DNA of 63,465 bases, filler included, from Globobulimina sp. (GCA_003354225.1; 55 parts of 55 records of this genome joined end to end with filler, not necessarily neighbours in it), one strand, 5' to 3'. Counted from the first letter of the whole stretch, positions 48,551-61,423 are shown. Made by a program: numbers and translations. Notes: generated from the letters alone by a model not told the origin.

Positions 48551-49605
48551 CAGCAATTCCAGCCGTTCCAGCCGCCATTACCTGAATTTTCATCTCAGGC
48601 CGCTGTGCCATCCCCAAAAACGCATTTTTATTCTCCCAACAAATTTAATGCGCATAATGTTCATAACAAACAATCACAGTCATTTTCTCCGCTTCATTCA
48701 CCGCCAGCAATGCATCAGCAATCCAAATCTCATCCAAACATAGGATTACATGTCAAACATATAAACAATATACATAAAAAAAACCACCCCATCGTGAAAC
48801 AATTGGTTGATATGGGATTCCCTCAGAATTATGTCGAAAGAGCCTGTAAAATCTTCAAAGTTTATTATAAATTCGTTTTTATATAAATTCTGTTTCCAAC
48901 TTCTAACTGTATACTGCTTATCGTATACACAGAAAAACTTTGGTTCGAAGCCCTATCGATTGGAAGTTTTGACCGAAATCATTTTACGATTGCAACGCAA
49001 AGACGGCAATGTGAAGGGGCAATCGCTACATGTCCAACATCACCGATCTCACAACAAATCGCTCGAGTTATTGCTCAATAGACACAAAGACAAAATTGCA
49101 TTGGAAGACAGCACCACTGCTTTGATCAAAAACGATGTTAAATTCAGACGCAACTCAAATTCCTACATTATAAACAAGAATAAGAATAATTTAATTTTGG
49201 TGCAAGTGATAAGCGGTCCCTCCATCACCAAAACCATCAACGAAGACATTTGCGAAGTACATATCAAAGCAGATCAAACCTTGACTGATTTAAAGAGCTT
49301 ATTATCGCAATTAAATAAGAACGAATATATATTTTATCACGAGTCTGGATTCATATTCAACGACAATAACATCACCATTCGGCAATGTATGAATGATCTC
49401 AGTGCCGTCGGCTATATATTCGACGACAATACGTTGACCTTAAAAATTGGTATATTTGCACAGAGGAAATCTAGTAAAAAAAAACTGAAAATAAAGCCAT
49501 TACCACCACGTAACATGGCGTTGCCTGTAACAAACATGAATGTTATGGGCAGAAACCGCAGTAAATCGACCAAATTGGATATCATAAAATCGAAGATCCA
49601 GATCG
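48551..49605 (+). CDS. UBA-like domain protein; intron 48860-48932
   Basis: VKQLVDMGFPQNYVERA; 73-nt intron joins both ORFs in phase. Confidence 0.75.
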
Positions 49606-49705
49606 NNNNNNNNNNNNNNNNNNNNNNNNNNNNNNNNNNNNNNNNNNNNTTAATTAATTAANNNNNNNNNNNNNNNNNNNNNNNNNNNNNNNNNNNNNNN
49701 NNNNN

Positions 49706-50602
49706 TTTGGGACAGCTGTCGAGAGATGTAATAAGGATAAATTTTGGAGATTGTTGACACATTTTAAAATTAAAAATGTTGAATACCTTAAAATGATCGG
49801 TATTTTTCTTACTCCAAACTTTAAAAGTGTAACATGGCAGAAATTGCATGATTTAAACCCTATATTAAAGGGAATATGTGTTGGTGGAGGATCGTCGCGA
49901 ATGGCTAATGATTTTGTGAACACATTTGGTAATAATTTACAGTTTTTATCGCATTGGTTTTATCCTCCAAATGCTCATGTCATTGATTTTAATAACATTA
50001 ATTTCAGTAAATTACAAGAAGTCGCATTGTGTGCACCATCCACTAAAACAATAAACGAAATATTAAAATCTGGACAAAATATAAAAAAAGTTTATATTGA
50101 TCCATATGCGTATAATTTAACATCTCCGTCACCGCAGCATTTAAAAAATATTATTCCTCAGATTTTTGAATGTAAATCACTCGAATATTTTGGAATTGTG
50201 GTAGATGATGAAAATTATATGTCGATATTGGATGGTATTGAAGTTGGTTTATTTAAAAACAAACAAATAAAAAGAAAACAAATTAAAATTAGAATGAATG
50301 GAGCGAGAAAATCAAAAATTGATTTGAAAAGTATAATTTTTAATATTTCTCGAATTGTATTATTATTGTTGGAATCATCGGAAATAAATGATTTTATGTT
50401 TATTTGTGATATGAATAGAATGAATAAAAAAGATGCAAAGGAATTGGATGCAAATGACATTGTAAATGATTTAAATGAGATTTCAAGAAATATCAAAACA
50501 GCTGCAAATGGATTTTGTTTTGTAATTACAAATAGAAATTGTAATATATGCGGATGGAATGAACGTTGGTTATTTCCACTGTCGGATGTATGGAAACTTT
50601 GA
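49706..50602 (+). CDS. Expanded LRR-like family member (paralog of 7123-7791)
   Basis: Shared blocks with 7123-7791; ends VITNRNCNICG. Confidence 0.75.
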   Translation, partial: FGTAVERCNKDKFWRLLTHFKIKNVEYLKMIGIFLTPNFKSVTWQKLHDLNPILKGICVGGGSSRMANDFVNTFGNNLQFLSHWFYPPNAHVIDFNNINFSKLQEVALCAPSTKTINEILKSGQNIKKVYIDPYAYNLTSPSPQHLKNIIPQIFECKSLEYFGIVVDDENYMSILDGIEVGLFKNKQIKRKQIKIRMNGARKSKIDLKSIIFNISRIVLLLLESSEINDFMFICDMNRMNKKDAKELDANDIVNDLNEISRNIKTAANGFCFVITNRNCNICGWNERWLFPLSDVWKL

Positions 50603-50690
50603 AATCCAGAGATATGCCTAAAAATAATATTAAATTGTTTAACACAATTATTTTTTACAAGAAAAAAAAAACTCTAAAAGTAAGCATTAC

Positions 50691-50760
50691 AACACGTCCT
50701 ATTCTAAAGTAAGAGTGTGGACACTTTCTAAGAGATTTTCATTCTGTGGGTCAGCAACAT
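50691..50760. repeat. Two abutting dispersed repeats
   Basis: 50691-50711 = reverse complement of 59709-59729 (near match at 36793-36812); 50711-50729 = reverse complement of 16330-16348. Confidence 0.7.
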
Positions 50761-50860
50761 NNNNNNNNNNNNNNNNNNNNNNNNNNNNNNNNNNNNNNNN
50801 NNNNTTAATTAATTAANNNNNNNNNNNNNNNNNNNNNNNNNNNNNNNNNNNNNNNNNNNN

Positions 50861-51915
50861 CCGTCGAATATAAATACTTCGAGAAGTTCATCGATTGCTT
50901 GGATGCCATCGAACATTGGCTGTATATGATTGCCTCGCAAATCCGTTACTTATTAGCACTGAATAAATGTTTTAAATGCGATCAAATGGAACACTCACAA
51001 TTAACCACTGCAGATATCAATGACGACAACACATTGAACGAATCGCTCAACGATTTAAGTGTAAACGACGAAGATTGCCCCGACAGATTGCATACAATCA
51101 TCCCCTTTATGACCAATATCGCGCCCAGCGCCATATTTAAATTCGATCAGCTATTCAGTGCCACATTCGATTGTACCGTGGAAGAACGCGAACGCGACAG
51201 AGACGAACACGATGTATCGGTCTCTGACTATCTCTCCATGTCCTCCTCCTATTTAATGAGCGATCCACGCGACGGCATGCTTTATAATATGCTGTATATC
51301 CCTTCTCGCGGCCTTCCAAAACGCATCTCCTTATTCGCGACCTGGTTCACCTCTTCGTTGGACAACCGCGATAAGCACAAACTGTCCATCATGATATCGT
51401 CCCATTTGCAGACCTTAGGCCGTACCGTCATTATCGGCGACGACGAGCAAGAAATCGATCGCTATATCAGCACCTTGGCGTTGTTCAGTACCTCGCAGCA
51501 GAAAGCATTGAGTCGATTGAGTGTGAAAGCGGATAATTCGAGCAATTTGTCCTCGCATTACATCCCCGAGTTGTACTTGCAAGGCATTGTCATCCCCACA
51601 ATCAAAGCGCCATTCCTTCCCGATGTGAACGACAATAATTCGCCTTCATTGAGCGAGCATAATGGCATAACCAATGATTACACCGCAACTGTGGCATATT
51701 TGCAGTCTTCGCCGGCCATCAAACAGTTGCAAGAAGACTTGTATTTAGCGCCGGGACCATCGACCTTGGTCTTATTGACGGCGTCGAAGCATATCAACCG
51801 CGCGCATGAGGAGGAAAAGCAGTCGTTTTGGTGGATTCGGCAGACCGCCATGCCACATAAATTCAAACAGGAACAGCAATCCTTGCTATTTCAGAAATTA
51901 TTTTATTTGCGTAGA
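50861..51915 (+). CDS. C9orf72: C9orf72-like DENN protein fragment
   Basis: ISSHLQTLGRTVIIG..ISTLALF..SR..Y.PELYLQG..APGPST matches the C9orf72 core as recalled. Confidence 0.8.
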
Positions 51916-52504
51916 NNNNNNNNNNNNNNNNNNNNNNNNNNNNNNNNNNNNNNNNNNNNTTAATTAATTAANNNNNNNNNNNNNNNNNNNNNNNNNNNNN
52001 NNNNNNNNNNNNNNNATTCTATATATCTAAAAAAAAAAAAAAATTGGTATGAAAAAAAAAGGGAGCCATTACAATAAAAATAAAACATTGACAACACAAT
52101 GCAATGCAATGCGAATTGTTGCAATTATAAACAAACATAATATGTAAAACACAAAAGATCATGAAATTTATAATAAACATAATCAGTCAGTAAATATCTA
52201 TGAAAAAAACATATTAATTTCGGAAAAAAGAGTGGTGGATAGAAAATCATGTAACACAAACATCCAAAAAAGAACATTTCAATTACAGTTTGGAAATAAA
52301 ATTAAACAGTTTGGAAATAAAGTATTTCGCAATTTATTTCCGACAAAAAATCATTAAATACATAAAATGGATAAAAAGTGCGAAAGAGAGCAGGTTAATT
52401 CATATAAAATAAAAATAGTTTATAAATCAATACGGATTCGCAAAATTCTGTGACACAAACAACAAATATCTCACTCACAATTGCAAAATGGGAGAAATAT
52501 ATTT

Positions 52505-53070
52505 TCATGAACACCAAACTGAATTTAAATTTAATTTCTCCGCCGGTTGAAATGAGAAATTTTTGCCAGGATCCACAAAGGCGCCGTTTAGATCGTTGAA
52601 AGAATCGGACGAGTTTCTGGATAACGCGCCCATTACACCCAAGGTACTGAAGTCGTCGTTGAAGCCAATCATATTGAACTCGTTCAGATCATTCACGTTT
52701 TGATTGTTATTCCAGTTATACTCATCATCCATATCCATGGTAATGCTGTCATGCGTATCTACGCTGTGCATAGTGCCCAACATCGCATCTTTATGGTTAT
52801 TATCAGTCCGTTTGCCATTGCTATTGAACTGCGCCGAGGGCATAAATGCCGGCGACAACGAGCCATGTACTGGCATTGCACAGTTATTGTTGCTATTGTT
52901 TGTGTTACGGACCATATCATCGTCATCGTCGTCGGCATTGCACCCATTGATTATGATGGGATTTTGCACAGTTTTGGGGGTGCTAATCTCTGCCGAATTG
53001 TGTGTGTTATTCTTATTGGCTAAACGACGCGATCTGCGTCGACGAGAATTGCTATTATGCGCGTGCTTGG
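52505..53070 (-). CDS. Low-complexity N/D-rich C-terminus with long 3' UTR
   Basis: ORF open from contig edge, followed by U-rich tail. Confidence 0.55.
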
Positions 53071-53284
53071 NNNNNNNNNNNNNNNNNNNNNNNNNNNNNN
53101 NNNNNNNNNNNNNNTTAATTAATTAANNNNNNNNNNNNNNNNNNNNNNNNNNNNNNNNNNNNNNNNNNNNGGCTCATGTAACGGAACATAACCGTTATAT
53201 TAAAAGTACATGCATTTAGATAAAAAAGTCGGGAGGTTTTTGACTTACTTACTTAAACAAAACACAAATTTCCTCTCAACAAAC

Positions 53285-54085
53285 ATGCCAGCACCACAAG
53301 CAATTGTTTGCCATTTATGTAATGGTAAGTGAATATATTTATATTTATACATATACAGTGGCATGCATTTATTTCCATTGATGCACGATTAATAAGGAAA
53401 ATATTTCAAACGTTCCTGGCCGATTCATTTAAAACAATGCGAAGCAAAATGGAAGAAAACACATTCTCGCTGTGAATATTGTGGCAGTGCTGTTTCCAAA
53501 CATGATTGGAGTTTACTTAATTATTATTTTTTTTTTGTTGAATATTGTATTTAAAGTAATAATAAATTAATAATGTAAGGTGATCATCGCTCACATTGCA
53601 AACCAACAAAGCGTAAATTGAGTGAGCAGTCTCAAAATATACCATTACAAGTTCCGAAAGGCGATCATCAGCAATTACTCCCAACACTAAACAACAAAAA
53701 TCAACTCGTGGAATGCCAAGAATGTGAAACAGAAAATGCGAGCTGGCAATGTGTAGAATGCGAGCAATCATTATGTGCAATGTGTGAAGTTGATTTACAT
53801 CGAAAAGGTTCGAGATTGCGACATACGCGAATTCCGATGAATGCACAAGCATTGAAACAAGAAAATTTAGCACTTTTAACACAGAGTGATTGTAAACAAA
53901 CTGCGTTAACTCCCCCAAGTCAACAAAAGCCAGATCATCGCGCTCAGTGTAAATTTTGTTCGCGTCGTTTCAATCCGGAGCGAGTTGAAAAACATATGCG
54001 AATTTGTGCAAAAGCAATGAAAAAAAAGCGCAGAATCTATGACGGTGCAAAAAAACGAATTGAAGACACTCCATTTGCAGCATAA
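53285..54085 (+). CDS. C2HC zinc-finger plus B-box protein; introns 53325-53396 and 53511-53579
   Basis: CHLCNGKYF..IHLKQC; CQEC..CVEC..LCAMC..LHRKG..H.R; CKFCSRRF..H..IC. Confidence 0.85.
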
Positions 54086-54325
54086 GAATATAAACGATCT
54101 GCGACACCGCAAAAAGTGAAAGAGTGGAAAAAAAATAGTAGAAGATGGAAAAAGGAAAGTTGTCAATTACGCGGAATTGCTGCAATTGATAACGATGTTT
54201 AGTTTTGCTTTAATTGCATAATTTGNNNNNNNNNNNNNNNNNNNNNNNNNNNNNNNNNNNNNNNNNNNNTTAATTAATTAANNNNNNNNNNNNNNNNNNN
54301 NNNNNNNNNNNNNNNNNNNNNNNNN

Positions 54326-54982
54326 TTTGCCACCAAGTGTAGTGTACGAAGTATTTGTTCCAGGAAATATCGTATTATGCGAATATAAGCAGCCTTTGGG
54401 TGATCCAGTGGTTCCCGAAGTGAATACAACTTGATATGGATCAGAATTTGTAACTACATCATCTGAACTATTTGAACGTTGTTCATTTATATAATGGGCA
54501 GCTAACCAATTTTGTGGATCAAATTCAGGCGTTAATACAATACGATGTAGTTTGGGATCAATGGATCGAGTGTTTTCGTAGAATTCTGGCTCGGTTATAA
54601 TCAATGCTGGCTGGCTCATTTGTGATATGTTTGCTAACTCTGATGGATTAAGTGCTGGATTGATTGGCATGTAAATAATTCCTAATTGACTGCAAGCCAT
54701 AAAAATTGGAATATCGTCCATTCTCTGGCGAGATAAATGCATGATTTTATCACCTTTTTTTAAATTGTATTCATCTGTGAACATATAGCTGATTGAGTTT
54801 ATTCTTCCATTCAGTTCATCATAGGTTATTCTATCATCATCTTGAATGATTGCAATATTATCTTTATATGTTTCTAAGTTTTGTTGCCATACAGAATTAC
54901 ATCTGGATACCTCACTTGCTGCAATGGAGGAAAAACAGAACTTTCTCTGCATTGCTTTTGCAAAACGGATAAATAATGCCAT
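54326..54982 (-). CDS. AMP-binding acyl-CoA synthetase with mitochondrial-like presequence, 3'-partial
   Basis: ITYDEL, LKKGDK, PINP, FTSGTTGSPKG. Confidence 0.9.
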
Positions 54983-55047
54983 GCCAAAAAGTGGTTCCAG
55001 TACTAGTAGGTTTATTTTTGTCTAAAACAAATTATAGCGCATTCAAA

Positions 55048-55344
55048 ATGATGTTGTTCTCAATTATGCTAACCATAATGGTCAAACTGGTGTCATCCTG
55101 TAGATCAGTGCAGAGTCCCGGATCCATTGTATCATATCCTATGGACGCCTGTGTTGGTGCATCGTCCTCTTCTGCAGAGCCATTCAGTTTTTTATTTGCA
55201 TGTCAAGGAGCTGAAGCATTTGTATATTCATTTAAAACTGGCAATTGTCAAGGCCCATATAATTCATCCAGCCTCGATGCTGTGATTCAGGATGCAATAT
55301 ATGATTGTGATGCAGAACCATGTGCTTATGTATCGGTATGCTAA
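55048..55344 (+). CDS. Secreted Cys-rich protein, probably first exon
   Basis: Signal-like MMLFSIMLTIMVKLVSS; six to seven Cys; GTATG donor near end. Confidence 0.6.
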   Translation: MMLFSIMLTIMVKLVSSCRSVQSPGSIVSYPMDACVGASSSSAEPFSFLFACQGAEAFVYSFKTGNCQGPYNSSSLDAVIQDAIYDCDAEPCAYVSVC

Positions 55345-56664
55345 AATACTTGATTTTCAATGACGGAGCGCTCCTTCATANNNNNNNNNNNNNNNNNNNN
55401 NNNNNNNNNNNNNNNNNNNNNNNNTTAATTAATTAANNNNNNNNNNNNNNNNNNNNNNNNNNNNNNNNNNNNNNNNNNNNTCCAAATTATTTCAATAATT
55501 GCTCTAAAACGAAAATCATATTTGATTTGATTATCTTTACTATATTTCTTAACTTCATATAAACATTTTAAATGAAATCTTTGTATAGTCAAAAAATCTT
55601 CATAATCACATCATAATCGTTTCATAATTTCATAATTGAAGAAAAGCCTCGTTGCCATCAAAACTTTTTGTTTTATGCATACAAACAGACGGAGATTTTC
55701 ACAGCAAAGCAAAAACTTGATGTCATGCTCAAAATTATAGTGTATATTTATGAGTTGAATATTGCTTATTTTAAAGACATTGACAGTAAAAATGTAAATG
55801 CAAATAACTTCAAAAAACGGTTTATTTGTCAACTGTAAAATCAGTAAAGAAGACGATGTAAAAAGTAAAATGATACAACGCGACCATAAAAGACAGCGAA
55901 CAGACACTGGGAAACAATGAAATGGTGTTTTGCTATTTCTTTTGCATCATAAATACATTAACAACAAATAAAGCGTTTATCTGTACAACTATGGATTTTA
56001 TTATTTTTATATATGCTGGGTGGATAATAATAATAATAACACTGGCGATTAAATGTCAATATATAAAGCAAATGATGCGTATATTTGCTATGGTATATGT
56101 TACATATTTAACCGTATGAATAAACGGTGATTGCGAAGTGGATCGCGGCTGTGATTGTGATGCAGTTAATGGCCGGACTGGCTTTATTGGGTGTGCATTG
56201 GCAAAAGATACTCAATCTATAAATGTGACAAATGCAATGATAACGAATTTGCATTGTATTTGTATGATAACATGGTTGATAAAAAAATGTGTTGTTTCAG
56301 TGCATTGAATATTCATTAAGATGTCGTATCCAATGAATTAATAATTTGGATGACGATTCCAATAAAATACACATTACCATTAAGTAATGTAATTTACCAA
56401 ATACTAATGACGTTTTCAAACATTACTAATCAAAATCATCAGTAATTCTATCCATAATTGTGTGCATAATAAATATATATAGGAGTTGGTATTTAAAACA
56501 ATATATTGGGTACACATATAGGAGTTGGTGATGGANNNNNNNNNNNNNNNNNNNNNNNNNNNNNNNNNNNNNNNNNNNNTTAATTAATTAANNNNNNNNN
56601 NNNNNNNNNNNNNNNNNNNNNNNNNNNNNNNNNNNACAAGAATGTCTCTCGGATATTAATAAAA

Positions 56665-57258
56665 TTGGCAGCTCAACGATGTCAAAGATACACGAAAATG
56701 AAATGTATTCAAGTGGAATACAGTAAAAATCACAACAAAAAAATGGCTCCGACGCCATCTTTTCATTACGGAATTAATAAATGGATGCAAGAGGAGAATA
56801 ATGATATTGTGCGATCATTGACCATTAACAGCAATGTTTCGACCGTCGAAAGACAGAAAACGATAAATAGTTTTGCTCCCAATGTGTTTGAGGATTCCTG
56901 TAAAAAGCAATTTATATTTAGAATAAGAGCATTAATCCATAATGATATCGATAGAAAGAGCGCTGTGGGCAGATGGAGATTGATCCGGTTATTTGTCACA
57001 AAGCAAAAAGCATATTGTAAAAGGTCTCAATACTCAGAAATAAAAAATACAGAAATAAAAAATGCAGTATTAAAGCGTACGCAGTCAGCTTCAAATCTGC
57101 AGAAAGCGGTACATGTCAATGTCCACTTAATTCGCGCAGATACACAATTGGAAGCCGCTGAATTTCAAAAAGCATTAAATGTCGTTCTGAAAGATACACA
57201 AAATAGAGAATGGGTACAAAACGATGCTTGTGTACCAAGAGCAAGTTTTTGTTCTTGA
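56665..57258 (+). CDS. Hypothetical protein C-terminus
   Basis: 197-aa ORF. Confidence 0.45.
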   Translation: MAAQRCQRYTKMKCIQVEYSKNHNKKMAPTPSFHYGINKWMQEENNDIVRSLTINSNVSTVERQKTINSFAPNVFEDSCKKQFIFRIRALIHNDIDRKSAVGRWRLIRLFVTKQKAYCKRSQYSEIKNTEIKNAVLKRTQSASNLQKAVHVNVHLIRADTQLEAAEFQKALNVVLKDTQNREWVQNDACVPRASFCS

Positions 57259-57790
57259 TGTGTTTTGAAGCATAAATAAATAAACTGTTTAATACCATTG
57301 ATGTAATCTTGCCTTTTCGCACTTTGTTTTACTAACAACGATCATATAACTACAGAGTTTTCCTCTTTAATACTGAAAATTTCTTACTGTTCAAAAGTAA
57401 TGGTGTATGATGGAAATAAAAATTATTTCCTCCGTCTTCTAAAAAAAGAGAATTCTACACAGATTTTAATATTTCGTTCAATGAAGAATTAGATTTTATA
57501 GAGATCACTATGTATAATTAATAATTATATGGTCAGCGGGTTTCATCAATATTCTCCGGTTAAATACTGCTTTAACACAAGCAAGCCTTGAACGGGACAA
57601 TACGTTGGCAATGTATGGCCACAATATTTCACTGTTTCATATGTAATGCCATCATAAACAATTACAGAGCCAGCAACATCCCCATATAAANNNNNNNNNN
57701 NNNNNNNNNNNNNNNNNNNNNNNNNNNNNNNNNNTTAATTAATTAANNNNNNNNNNNNNNNNNNNNNNNNNNNNNNNNNNNNNNNNNNNN

Positions 57791-58845
57791 TCGTTGTAAG
57801 ATATCCGGTGGCGAGGATTCAGTCAAAAAAGTGTTTAAATATTTAAACTCCATGTTACAATTTCATGTGACATTTTTATCCGTAATACGCGAAACAATAT
57901 CAATAATACCAGATTTATACAAATATATCGGTTTTATAACAATGTACGATGACTATTTACATAATTATGATAAAATAATCCACATATTTTCAACCTGGCG
58001 ATCTATGGAATTTCGAGAATTTATTACAATGCGATTAAAACATAAAAATGTCAAAAAAAATATTATTGATCGATTAGATTCTTTGCCGTGGTATCTCTAC
58101 CGACCATTTGATAGAATCAAAGAATATCATCGATTCTTGAAAGACATCGAGAAAATCACAAATAAAACACATGATAATTATGCGTTCGTTAACAAAACGT
58201 TAATCAAAATACGTCCTTTGTATAAAAAAATAAAATCTCGTTAAGTTTATATAATAAAATATATTATTCACTATACGCAATATCGCATCGCATCGCATTG
58301 TCTTTACTTTGCAGACGAAAACAGGTTACAACAAAAAACACGTTTATTAGAGGTACAACTACAGATTCATGGATATAATAAGCCATTGGTAGAGGATGAT
58401 AGATTTTTTGTATATAACCGACAATGTCAAATGAAAAGGCGTGGTTTACCCGGCAAGAAATACAAACATATCCAAATATATTTATTTAATGATTTATTTT
58501 TATGGGTCTCTGCCAGAGGAAGGTTTAAAGGCTCTTATTCATTCTATAAAGAGAATTTAGAAATATTTGTACCTCCACACAGCAAGAAAGGCGATGCTAT
58601 TTTCAGCATTGGCTTAAAAACAGAAAAACATAAACGACTCATTATCTGTGCCGATGATATGCAAAGAGATAAATTAATGAATACCGTATTAAAAACCTAC
58701 AAACAATGTCAACAAAAATACATTAAAACTCTAAATGGCAGCGATACGGATTTAATTAAGCAGATGAAAAAAAAGCAGGTGCGCGAGACCATGGATAATG
58801 CGCAAATTGCGCATCAATTATCAAGCATCAATATCACAGTCAAAA
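57791..58845 (+). CDS. RhoGEF DH-PH protein fragment; intron 58240-58314
   Basis: YLYRPFDRIKEYHRFLKDI..T...H; PH strand IYLFNDLFLW. Confidence 0.85.
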
Positions 58846-58946
58846 NNNNNNNNNNNNNNNNNNNNNNNNNNNNNNNNNNNNNNNNNNNNTTAATTAATTA
58901 ANNNNNNNNNNNNNNNNNNNNNNNNNNNNNNNNNNNNNNNNNNNNT

Positions 58947-59510
58947 TTATTAGTAAAGTTAATAAATTATAAATTATCCTCATCCAAATCAATTGAAACC
59001 AATTCACCCTCACTTCCACCATATATTATACATATTTTTAATCATATTTTAAAATCAGTTACTTTCATAAATATTAATGTTGAATTATTTAAAAAAGAGT
59101 TAGTTTATACAGATAAAGTTCGTGGTCCCCAATATGGATATTTTAAGTTATTTTCATTATTTATGCATTCAAATAATTGGATTCGTTTCAAGGTTTTCCA
59201 TAAATTGGTTCCTCAAATAAGTCAAATAGTAATTGTGTGTATTGAATATTCATCAAATAATAATTATAAATATTCCCCATCAATAATGATAACAGATGCA
59301 ATTTTATTGGATATTTATAAGGTTTTATCATATTGGCCATTAAAAGGAGGTATTTATATTTATTCACCATTAAATAGTTTGTCATCATTAAGATTATTAA
59401 TAAAGAAATACAATGACAAATTTTTAAAATGTGGATATAAATTACAAATTAGAAAACAGAATGATGTTCAATATGGAAGTTGTGATGCATTTCGGATAGT
59501 AAAAGAATGA
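58947..59510 (+). CDS. C-terminus of the ART-like family (paralog of 60101-61155)
   Basis: LVKLINYKL, LPPYILHIFNHILKS...ININ, YGYFK, SI.I align with the paralog. Confidence 0.65.
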   Translation, partial: LLVKLINYKLSSSKSIETNSPSLPPYIIHIFNHILKSVTFININVELFKKELVYTDKVRGPQYGYFKLFSLFMHSNNWIRFKVFHKLVPQISQIVIVCIEYSSNNNYKYSPSIMITDAILLDIYKVLSYWPLKGGIYIYSPLNSLSSLRLLIKKYNDKFLKCGYKLQIRKQNDVQYGSCDAFRIVKE

Positions 59511-59838
59511 TTTTTGTTATTTATGTAAAATATATTTCCAATTCAATGTTTCAGACCAGAGCTGACTTTAACTCTTAATTGCTTGGAGTGTGACTTTAAA
59601 ACAAAGATACTGTTAACACTAAAATACTCAGTTTATTGATTAGAAAATGTTTTGGTTTTGTTAAATTGTTGGAACTTGGAAGGCAATAAAAAATTGTTTT
59701 TGAGGTAATACTTTAGAATAGGACGTGTTTAGAATATTGCCTTCTGGCAATTTTTGATGTATAGAATATTACATTCATACGCCCGTAGGCTATAAACAGG
59801 GCGTGTTTCAAAAACTAAATGTTTTGAATTCAAACTGT

Positions 59839-59905
59839 AAGAGCATCCGGTCTTCAGCGTCTGATTTTTATTGGGGGCAAGGTATACGCAAACCGTTTCT
59901 GGTGA
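59839..59905. repeat. Left end of MITE family, shared with 61425-61490
   Basis: About 66 bp near-identical: AAGAGCATCC.GTCTTCAGCGTC.GATTTTTATTGGGG..AAGGTATA.GCAAACCGTTTCTGGTGA. Confidence 0.85.
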
Positions 59906-60100
59906 ACGGCGTTTTTGATCCACAATGGTTTCGGTTAAGTTCGTCAGACATTGTTGAATTTGCAAACATTGAGTTTGATTTTCTATTTTCCGTTTTCTTT
60001 NNNNNNNNNNNNNNNNNNNNNNNNNNNNNNNNNNNNNNNNNNNNTTAATTAATTAANNNNNNNNNNNNNNNNNNNNNNNNNNNNNNNNNNNNNNNNNNNN

Positions 60101-61155
60101 GCATTGACTGGATTTACAATTATAAATTGATTAAATATCTTATTACTTTTATTTAATAATAACTCAAAACATACAAATATTTCTTGTAAAAAATTACTAT
60201 CCAAACTTATTGATGATTCATATGGTTTCCATCCATGATTAAATATTGTTATTGTTTCTAAATTCTTCATTAATCGCATAAATAATGTAAAATTAATGGT
60301 ACTTTCATCCGATTGAATAAATATTGGACGGAATTTCTTAAATCCATAAACATCACAATCAAAATTCTTATCATGATAATCAAAATGTAAACCCATTCCA
60401 TCCATATTAATCTCAACTTTTTTTTTACTTTTTAAAAATTGATGAAATAATAAGGCGATATATTGTGGTACGACTGAATCATAGCTTGTTTCATAAATAT
60501 CACCATTCAATTCACATTTTATTAATTTATTTAATGATTTAAAATCACGATTTAACGGTTTAATGCCAAATAATGGAAAACCTTTAAACATCTCAGAACA
60601 AATATTTATAACTTTTACTAATTCTTTGTAATGTTCTTGCTTTGGGATATCATGAATGTCCATAAATTGCAATGTATTACGACAGCCAACAAATAATTTT
60701 TCATCTTCATTGGTATAACAAGTCCAATAATTACAATCAAAATATATTGACGCACTTTTCATATTTCTAATATCTAAGACAATGCCGGTTGCACCGAATA
60801 TCGTCCATGCGATTGTAAAATCTGATTATAATTAAAAAATAAACGATCTGCGAATGCGAGTGCAAAGATAAAAATAAAAAACTGGAAGTAAGAACTAACT
60901 CAAAAACTTCAAAAAAGAATGGCTGTTATCTTTCAAATTCATATGTCAGTGAAGAACTTTATAACAATGTAAACAAAACCCATGGAAGCTACTCGATGTT
61001 CGCTTTTCCCAAAGGGGATAAAATTAATATAAATGTAACAAACCGCGTGTAGTAGAAATTGGACCATTGATACGAATACAAGTGCTCTCAAATAATAATG
61101 TTTTAGAAATGCCATGATAGAATACAGAGATATTACTATTTTGCATACCAATGCC
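60101..61155 (-). CDS. Mono-ADP-ribosyltransferase-like protein; intron 60822-61043
   Basis: Spliced: VFYHGIS...GPISTTRDFTIAWTIFGATGIVLDI...YFDCNYWTCYTNEDEKLFVG. Confidence 0.7.
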
Positions 61156-61423
61156 NNNNNNNNNNNNNNNNNNNNNNNNNNNNNNNNNNNNNNNNNNNNT
61201 TAATTAATTAANNNNNNNNNNNNNNNNNNNNNNNNNNNNNNNNNNNNNNNNNNNNTATTGTGGATTATTATCAATTGCATGTATTTAGTGTTGTGGATAA
61301 AGGTAAGGTATTGTTTGTCGTCCAATGCAAATATTATTAATAAATCAAATCGGTCCCGTGATTAGATAATCCGTGCCTGTAAAACCAATTGCAAATGTAG
61401 TATTCACTTGGCAAACACAATGC

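Noticed and set aside
55481-56535. Short ORFs and a 14-bp terminal direct repeat
   Set aside because: No coherent reading frame or motif
60939-61151. 70-aa minus-strand hydrophobic ORF
   Set aside because: Out-of-frame shadow of the ART-like first exon plus intron
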